Assembly: GCA_046757525.1 (NCBI GenBank) | Contig: JBHHYI010000091.1 | Span: 1 to 17,220 of the forward strand | Reading direction: 5' to 3' | Source: a bacterium | Lineage (GTDB): Bacteria > Zhuqueibacterota > Zhuqueibacteria > Oceanimicrobiales > Oceanimicrobiaceae | DNA: 17,220 nucleotides | Part shown: one piece after another, positions 8,034 to 14,137 of the stretch | How positions within the stretch are numbered: position 1 is the first letter of the stretch | How the letters are laid out: every line of letters starts with the position of its first letter | The notes under the pieces: generated by a model | What the model was told of the DNA's origin: nothing | The model's database searches: none | What the model saw: the letters and a program-made list of their open reading frames with translations, nothing else | Made by a program: the position numbers and the translations under genes

Positions 8034-8666
8034 CTATTCTCCCTGCTTCTCCTCCGCCAGTTTTCTAACCAGCTTCTTGTACATCTCCTGGTAAGAACTC
8101 TTGGCAATCTGTTTGTAAAAAGAATCGCGATAGTTTCGTGCCGTGCTCACACCATCGATTTCCATGTCGTAAACCCGCCATCGCTGTGCGTTTTTGTGCA
8201 TCTTGTAGACTATTTCCACTTGTTTTCTCTTTTTGTAAGCAATGGTCGTGACCTTGGCTTTGGTGCCGTTGATTTGAGGACTTTCGTACACCAAACGGTC
8301 GGCTTTGTAGATCTCCAACTTTTTTACAGAAGAGTTCTTAATGAGCTGCGAGAAAACATTGACAAAATCCTCTTTTTCCTTTGCGCTTCTCTGGTTCCAG
8401 TATTTGCCCAAAGCGAGTCGGGAGAGCTCCCTAAAATCCATGATCCCGTTTATGACTTCTTTCAATTTTTCTTTGGTTTCAGGACTCACTTTGTCGTCGG
8501 TGTGTTGTAATATTTTTTCAACCGCCTGATTCCTCGCCTTGATCAATTCCACCGGCGATTTTTCCAGGCCGTTTGAGGTTTTGCCCTGTGCCTTTTTCTC
8601 TGCACCGAAAAAGCTCCACAACATTATCACAGCCAGAAGGGTTAGAATTCTAAAACCAATTTTCAT
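8034..8666 (-). CDS. MlaC/Ttg2D-family periplasmic lipid-binding protein
   Basis: 210 aa; signal peptide; MDFRELSRLALGKYW, EKEDFVNVFSQLI and WRVYDMEIDGVSTARNYRDSF match the MlaC/Ttg2D/HpnM pattern; SD AAGGAG. Confidence 0.88.
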   Translation of the reverse strand: MKIGFRILTLLAVIMLWSFFGAEKKAQGKTSNGLEKSPVELIKARNQAVEKILQHTDDKVSPETKEKLKEVINGIMDFRELSRLALGKYWNQRSAKEKEDFVNVFSQLIKNSSVKKLEIYKADRLVYESPQINGTKAKVTTIAYKKRKQVEIVYKMHKNAQRWRVYDMEIDGVSTARNYRDSFYKQIAKSSYQEMYKKLVRKLAEEKQGE

Positions 8667-8708
8667 TTGACCTAATTCTCCTTAAACAAGTTAAAGGATT
8701 CTTAATGG

Positions 8709-10082
8709 TTATTTAGGGTACAGATCCCGTCCCACGGCTTTGCTCAGTTTAGCGACAGCCACGTTGTATTTAAAGATGTTTTGTAGATTTTCAGCTTGCA
8801 TCGCCCCATTGGCTTTGAAGGCGTCGATCAAATCCTTGACTTCGCCCACGCCAATGTCGAAGGTCATGGTGGCCGACCTGAGCCAATTGTCGCTGGCCTT
8901 AACAGCCTTGCCACTTGCGCGCATATTCTGTTCGGCCTGCCTCAACTCCCTGTAAGCTTTCTGCACGTCCAATCTAATCCCGTCGTTTAGCAATCTTTCT
9001 TTTTCAGCCAACAGGTGATATTGCGCCTGCGCCACCTTTACTTTGTCGCTTGTTTGCAGAAAATTCAAATTGAGACTGGCACCAAAAACAAATCCCGGCC
9101 TGAAGAAATTGGTCGGGTTGTACACAAACGGATTGTTGCTGTCAAATCGGTCTTGAGCAAAATTGGCTTTGACTGAGCCGCCGAAAAAAAACTGGGGGAA
9201 GTAATCACTCTTGGCTACCCCGATCAAAGCCCTGCTGGCGCCGATGCCAGCCCTCAATTGCTTCAGTTCAAATCTGTTTTTTTGCCCGGTTTCCAAATAA
9301 GCCGGCAGATTGTCTATCTGCACTTCGATGGGATCCAGGTACTCTGTGGCCGCTTCTATTTCCACATCTTCGGGAATTCCCAGCACCGTCTTCAAAGACG
9401 ATTTAGCCAGCGCAATCTTGTCCAGGGTTTCTCGTCGTCTTTTGTCAACGTCGTACCGGAACAGTTGCAGCTTGAATAAATCGATTTGGCTGACATCTTC
9501 GGAGCCCTCGTCCAATTTCTTCTCGACCTTATGCTCTGCTTTGGCCAGCTCCTTGCTGGCGTCCTCGACAACGGCCAACAATTCTTTGCCCAAAACCAAT
9601 CCCCAGTACAGTTGTCTGACTTGTAATTTAACTTTCTCGTGTTCATTGTCTAAATTTGCGCGATCTGCCTGCAGCCCGTAGTAGCCCGCCCGGCTCAAAT
9701 TGCTAAACTTGCCAAAAGTAAAGAGCGGTTGCACCAGATCAACATCCAGTTGTGTGAAGTAGCGCAAATCGTTGAGTCCGGTTGAGGTGTCCGGCGATGT
9801 CAAGACACCGAATTTTGTGAACGCTGCCCGAGCCCTTGGCACCGGTCCCCAAACATTTCTTAGCTGAAACTTGGGTAGAATTTTCGCGTGTGATGCCTGC
9901 GAGTATCTTGCCTTGGATACTTTTAGGCTGAGCTCTGCCCCCCGGATAGAAAAATTATTCTTGAAAGCCAACTTCTCGGCATCTGCTAAGCTGAGGACCA
10001 GGGGCTTATTTTCCTGGCTGACTAAATTTTGACAAAATATGATTAAAAAAAAACCTACAAAAAGTAATGGTCTTCCAGTCAT
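8709..10082 (-). CDS. TolC-family outer membrane channel protein
   Basis: 457 aa; signal peptide; LSLADAEKLAFKNN, LVQPLFTFGK, AKSDYFPQF, YNVAVAKLSKAVG; two OEP-like repeats; SD AGGAG. Confidence 0.9.
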   Translation of the reverse strand: MTGRPLLFVGFFLIIFCQNLVSQENKPLVLSLADAEKLAFKNNFSIRGAELSLKVSKARYSQASHAKILPKFQLRNVWGPVPRARAAFTKFGVLTSPDTSTGLNDLRYFTQLDVDLVQPLFTFGKFSNLSRAGYYGLQADRANLDNEHEKVKLQVRQLYWGLVLGKELLAVVEDASKELAKAEHKVEKKLDEGSEDVSQIDLFKLQLFRYDVDKRRRETLDKIALAKSSLKTVLGIPEDVEIEAATEYLDPIEVQIDNLPAYLETGQKNRFELKQLRAGIGASRALIGVAKSDYFPQFFFGGSVKANFAQDRFDSNNPFVYNPTNFFRPGFVFGASLNLNFLQTSDKVKVAQAQYHLLAEKERLLNDGIRLDVQKAYRELRQAEQNMRASGKAVKASDNWLRSATMTFDIGVGEVKDLIDAFKANGAMQAENLQNIFKYNVAVAKLSKAVGRDLYPK

Positions 10083-10094
10083 TGGGCTCCTATC

Positions 10095-11378
10095 TTATTC
10101 TGCTTTTAAAATCTTTTTTATCCCAGAATCCGCGTCTGCATGTTTTAGAGCGCGTATGTCGTCGTAATCGGCGTAGGCTTTTGAATGGGTAGAGTTGGCA
10201 TCGGTAAGGATACCCAGGCCAATGGGTCTACTTGGTGGCCTCCCGCCAAAGGTCTTCTTGTAGGCCTCATAGGCATTAAACACATAGGTTCTCCATTCTC
10301 CCAAATGTTCATCCCCGCTTTCCGCGACCACCATCCACGGTTTTCCGGTGCCGCTGCGTCGCATGGCAGAACCGACTGGAAGCGTGGTGCTCCAAACATA
10401 CTTGATCGATTCCGGGATTAGACCAAACTTTTTTCTAAAAACAAAATAAATGCCAGCAGCGCTGTCCACCGTTTCGCCATAGCGCTCATCCCCGCCTTTG
10501 GGGAGAATGTGGGCCCGCCATCTGAATGAAACATACGGGTATTTCTTCAAATTCCATTTGATATCCTTGCCTAAAATGACCGATTCACCATTATCCTCGG
10601 CGGCCAGATATTTGTTGCCATTCTCTTCTCTTATTACATAAGGCTTGTGCTTTTTTCGATCTTTCTTGCGCCAGTGCCAGCCCTTGGGAAACTTGCCAAC
10701 TTTATACCGCTCAAAATCTTCCAACACCACATAGTCGCTGTTGCTGAGTTCGGCCTCCAAGAAAGCCAGGGAGTATCGTTCCAGTGTTTTGCTGCACAGA
10801 CTAAAATAATGCCGCACCAGACTGGTATTGTCAAAGGTTATGTTGCTAATCCGCCAATTGCCGTCTGCGAATCTTAGCATGTGAACGGTGACTCTTTTTT
10901 CTTCGCGATTGCCCGACACAAGGTACTCAATTGCAGCGATCCGATCTCCGCTTTTTTCATTCACCACCCGTAAGGTGGGCAGTCCCTCATCGTCAAATCT
11001 TTTGATTTGTTCCAGCATTTTCCTTTGTAGAGACGCCATAAAGGCGCCCACAAATCTGTTTTGCTCGTAGGTATCGAGTTCTTTCCAACGATTGCTAATG
11101 GTCATGGGTGCAATTCTTGCGGCGTCAAAAAGGTCTGCTGCGATGTCATACAGTTGATTTTCCAACTCAACGTCGTCTGCATCGGAACGGTTGTTGTACA
11201 CATCCAATAGTCTCTGATAACTAACCGCAATAGTTTCCGATGGAGAAAGAATATTGTCTTCCGCCGCCAGGATACCCCAAGTCCCGTTGTCTCTTAATAC
11301 AAACAGAACAAAATAAAGGACAAGAAGCAGATAGGCTGAAATCAAGAATCCGCGTTTTAAGGTGGCTTTGAACAGCAA
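10095..11378 (-). CDS. Membrane-anchored fusion: MlaC-like domain plus C-terminal DUF3047-like domain
   Basis: 427 aa, TTG start with SD GAGGAG 7 nt upstream. N-terminal hydrophobic anchor; MlaC-like WKELDTYEQNRFVGAF and WRISNITFDNTSLVRHY; DUF3047-like YPYVSFRWRA, DSAAGIYFVF, IKYVWS, GEWRTY, GILTDANST. Confidence 0.8.
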   Translation of the reverse strand: MLFKATLKRGFLISAYLLLVLYFVLFVLRDNGTWGILAAEDNILSPSETIAVSYQRLLDVYNNRSDADDVELENQLYDIAADLFDAARIAPMTISNRWKELDTYEQNRFVGAFMASLQRKMLEQIKRFDDEGLPTLRVVNEKSGDRIAAIEYLVSGNREEKRVTVHMLRFADGNWRISNITFDNTSLVRHYFSLCSKTLERYSLAFLEAELSNSDYVVLEDFERYKVGKFPKGWHWRKKDRKKHKPYVIREENGNKYLAAEDNGESVILGKDIKWNLKKYPYVSFRWRAHILPKGGDERYGETVDSAAGIYFVFRKKFGLIPESIKYVWSTTLPVGSAMRRSGTGKPWMVVAESGDEHLGEWRTYVFNAYEAYKKTFGGRPPSRPIGLGILTDANSTHSKAYADYDDIRALKHADADSGIKKILKAE

Positions 11379-11553
11379 GTTCTTACTCCTCAGTTAGTTA
11401 TTTCAAACACGTCTTAGGCAAATCTCATAAAGTAATCAACAGAGTTCGCATTATTATTGTTCCACGTCGATTTGATATTTTTGGTTGCATAATTCTTTGA
11501 TTTGTAGGTAAAAACTCAGTGAGGAGGCATAAATGCAGCTTGAGTGGATTGAA

Positions 11554-11570
11554 AAGCAAAAACTTAGCCA
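11554..11570 (-). promoter_or_regulatory. Candidate sigma54 (-24/-12) promoter
   Basis: Minus strand reads TGGCTAAGTTTTTGCTT: exact GG-N10-GC spacing with TGGC and TTGCT, about 175 bp upstream of the MlaC-DUF3047 start. Confidence 0.5.
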
Positions 11571-11575
11571 CTTAG

Positions 11576-11665
11576 GCAGCCCCAAATTGAGCGGTTCCCG
11601 CAACCAAAAGGGCGTGTCGTGGGGTTCCTGGCGGATTAGATGGAAGCGCTCAATTGGGGGGTTGC
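11576..11665. other. Long imperfect inverted repeat (stem-loop) just downstream of the IPCT/DIPPS-like gene
   Basis: GCAGCCCCAAATTGAGCGGTTCC (11576-11598) pairs imperfectly with GGAAGCGCTCAATTGGGGGGTTGC (11642-11665) around a 43-nt loop; no U-tract. Confidence 0.7.
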
Positions 11666-11675
11666 GTCCGTCCTA

Positions 11676-13274
11676 TTACTTGGTAAGCTCTTTCTCTGCC
11701 TGAAATTCGATCTCGGGGCTTTTGAATCCGTTCGCCAAATGTTGCACCAGTCTTTTGATCGGATTCAGCAAACTGAAATTGTGACGCTGAGAAAGTAAAG
11801 CGGCGGCAGAGACGGAGATGCCTGAGCTCATCAAATTGACTGCACCCATCAAGCCCCAATAAAAGATGACTATGTTTCCCCAAAGCATGATGAGCAAGCC
11901 ACCAAAGGAGAATAGATCCCTTCTACCGAGGTGATGAATCATGCCAAAAAACTTCAAATACCAAACTTTTTGGCGCGAATGATTGAGCCCGGCAATATCC
12001 TGGTCTAAGTCGCGCAGGCTTCTCGAACCTTGCTTCTTGATGTAAATAAGACCCAACCTCAAGGCGATGACTAAGAATCCCAGACTCGCCCCGGTTACAA
12101 AAAACACATTGGGATCCCCTAAAACTCGATAAGCACCAACGGTGACGCCAATGATAAAAATAAAATAGGAGACATGATCGGTAATCGTATCGACCAGTGC
12201 ACCAAGTTTGGAATCCTTCAGTTTGACCTGTGCGACTTCCCCATCGCAGCCATCCAATATGGAGGCGAACTGAAAAAGGATTCCACCGATAACCGTGGTC
12301 AGCGGTTTACCAAAGGACAAAACCCAGGCGACGAAGGCTGTAAAAAACAAGTTGAAAATGGAAATCTGGTTCGGGGTAATGGGTGTTTTGATTAACCACT
12401 TTGTGAGCCCATTAGATATTCTTCTGTTGATGATCTTAGCAACGACCCCATCGGTCTTGGACCGCGTTGCCTGCAGCAGCAAGCGATTGGCATGATTGAT
12501 GTCGGGTTGGGTATCCACATCCAGCCAGAAATGCTCGCCAATATCCATGGTGCACATACGCCCTTCCTCAGAAAGGACTCGAACGCCGCCTGAGAGCGAA
12601 TAGTCGCCGTCAAGCTGACTTTGGCGCAGCGCTTCGAAAATTTGCGGTGTCAGAACAAAAATGCCGATGTCTATGGCATTAAAATCTGTTAAACTCTTAC
12701 CGATGTTCGAAAGTCGACCCTGATCTACGCGCACCTTGGTGGCATCGTCCAGATTCGGCACTCTGTTCAGACGACGATCCACGCAAAGAAGTCCACATTG
12801 GGCGTCCAACCGGATATGCTCGAGCTTCCTCAGTATTTTGGGGTCAAAAACGTGATCCGCCATGAATAGCAAAAACCTGCCATCGACAAACTTCTCGGCA
12901 TTTAACACCGAAAGGCCGTTGGGCTTCTGCCACTCCGTGTTCCTCACCCAGGTAATCTTAACACCAAGCTTGTGGGCGCTAATCGATTTCCGAATCCGCG
13001 CCGCCTGATACCCTATGACGATTACAAATTCGGTGACGCCAATCTTCTTTGCCGAAAGGATTACGCGCTTCAGCAAGGGTACCCCGCCGACTTTAACCAA
13101 TGGTTTAGGTGTGCCATCTTGATAACTCCGCAAACGGCTACCTTTACCTGCGGCAATTATGACGGCTTTAGTTATTGAGTTTTTCCCTTCGAATAGACCA
13201 ATTTGGATGGATGATGACTGTGTTTCAGATAGGCAGGAAGACGATGCGTACTCCTCTCGCAGATTCAACTCCAT
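11676..13274 (-). CDS. Bifunctional nucleotidyltransferase / CDP-alcohol phosphotransferase (IPCT/DIPPS-like)
   Basis: 532 aa; N domain AVIIAAGKGSRL..TPKPL, KPNGLSVL, MADHVF, DDATKV, IDIGIF, WLDVDT; C domain DGVVAKIINRRIS, ITPNQIS, DGCDGEVAQ...GALVDTITD and several TM helices; strong SD GGAGG. Confidence 0.9.
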   Translation of the reverse strand: MELNLREEYASSSCLSETQSSSIQIGLFEGKNSITKAVIIAAGKGSRLRSYQDGTPKPLVKVGGVPLLKRVILSAKKIGVTEFVIVIGYQAARIRKSISAHKLGVKITWVRNTEWQKPNGLSVLNAEKFVDGRFLLFMADHVFDPKILRKLEHIRLDAQCGLLCVDRRLNRVPNLDDATKVRVDQGRLSNIGKSLTDFNAIDIGIFVLTPQIFEALRQSQLDGDYSLSGGVRVLSEEGRMCTMDIGEHFWLDVDTQPDINHANRLLLQATRSKTDGVVAKIINRRISNGLTKWLIKTPITPNQISIFNLFFTAFVAWVLSFGKPLTTVIGGILFQFASILDGCDGEVAQVKLKDSKLGALVDTITDHVSYFIFIIGVTVGAYRVLGDPNVFFVTGASLGFLVIALRLGLIYIKKQGSRSLRDLDQDIAGLNHSRQKVWYLKFFGMIHHLGRRDLFSFGGLLIMLWGNIVIFYWGLMGAVNLMSSGISVSAAALLSQRHNFSLLNPIKRLVQHLANGFKSPEIEFQAEKELTK

Positions 13275-13406
13275 ATTATTCCTCCACTCCGTATTTGAAA
13301 GTTCTGTAAGTTGACCTCCAGGGCCAGAATTGTAACAACTTCTTAATTAAGTATCCCCAATAATAATAAAACCTAAACCACTGTCTATTAGCTAATTCAA
13401 GCCGTC

Positions 13407-13435
13407 AATATACAAAATCTTTTGTAGTATGTCAA
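13407..13435 (-). promoter_or_regulatory. Sigma70-type promoter with a palindrome in the spacer
   Basis: Minus strand TTGACA-17 nt-TATATT; perfect inverted repeat TACAAAA-TC-TTTTGTA at 13411-13426; about 130 bp upstream of the IPCT/DIPPS-like start. Confidence 0.7.
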
Positions 13436-13629
13436 GACTTCTTTTATGCTAATAATCATGAATGACCGTTGAGAATTTCTTTCCACTGCCATTATGAATG
13501 GAAGACCATCAAATTTAATATACCCTAATAAACGATGTGTGAAATGGAATTATTCCTAACATTTGGTGAGCATTTTCTAAGACAACCGCAACCCGTTCAA
13601 TTTCAAACAAATACGTTTTCCAGCAAGGA

Positions 13630-14091
13630 TCACAATGCTCTTACGAACCCCAAAACTCTGTCCGGGTGTTGTGCGACTTTGACCTTGGGGAAAACCTTGC
13701 GGAGCGTGCCACGCTGGTCGATGACGAAGGTGGTTCGCTCTACGCCCATGTATTTTCTGCCGTACATACTTTTCTCTTTCCAGACACCATAAAGCTGAAC
13801 CACTTCCTTGTTCTCATCGCTTAATAAATGGAATGGGAGCTCAAATTTGCTCCTGAAGTTCTGGTGCGATTTTACACTGTCCGGGCTCACGCCCAAAATG
13901 ATGGTGTTAACCTTCTCGAATTCTGCACTCAAATCGCGAAACCCGCAAGCCTCTTTGGTGCACCCTGAGGTATTGTCTTTTGGGTAAAAGTACAGCACTA
14001 CCTTTCTTCCCCGTAGCTGTGAAAGCGTTACGGTCTCATCGTTTTCGTTTTTCAAAGAGAAATCTGGAGTCACTTGACCTTCCTGAAGCAT
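13630..14091 (-). CDS. bcp: Thioredoxin-dependent peroxiredoxin BCP/PrxQ
   Basis: 153 aa; VLYFYPKDNTSGCTKEAC (CxxxxC), GVSPDS, YGVWKEKSMYGRKYMGVERTTF. Confidence 0.96.
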   Translation of the reverse strand: MLQEGQVTPDFSLKNENDETVTLSQLRGRKVVLYFYPKDNTSGCTKEACGFRDLSAEFEKVNTIILGVSPDSVKSHQNFRSKFELPFHLLSDENKEVVQLYGVWKEKSMYGRKYMGVERTTFVIDQRGTLRKVFPKVKVAQHPDRVLGFVRAL

Positions 14092-14137
14092 TCTCGTTCC
14101 TTTCCTGTTTTGTTCGTTTTACAATTGTAGGCTGGGT

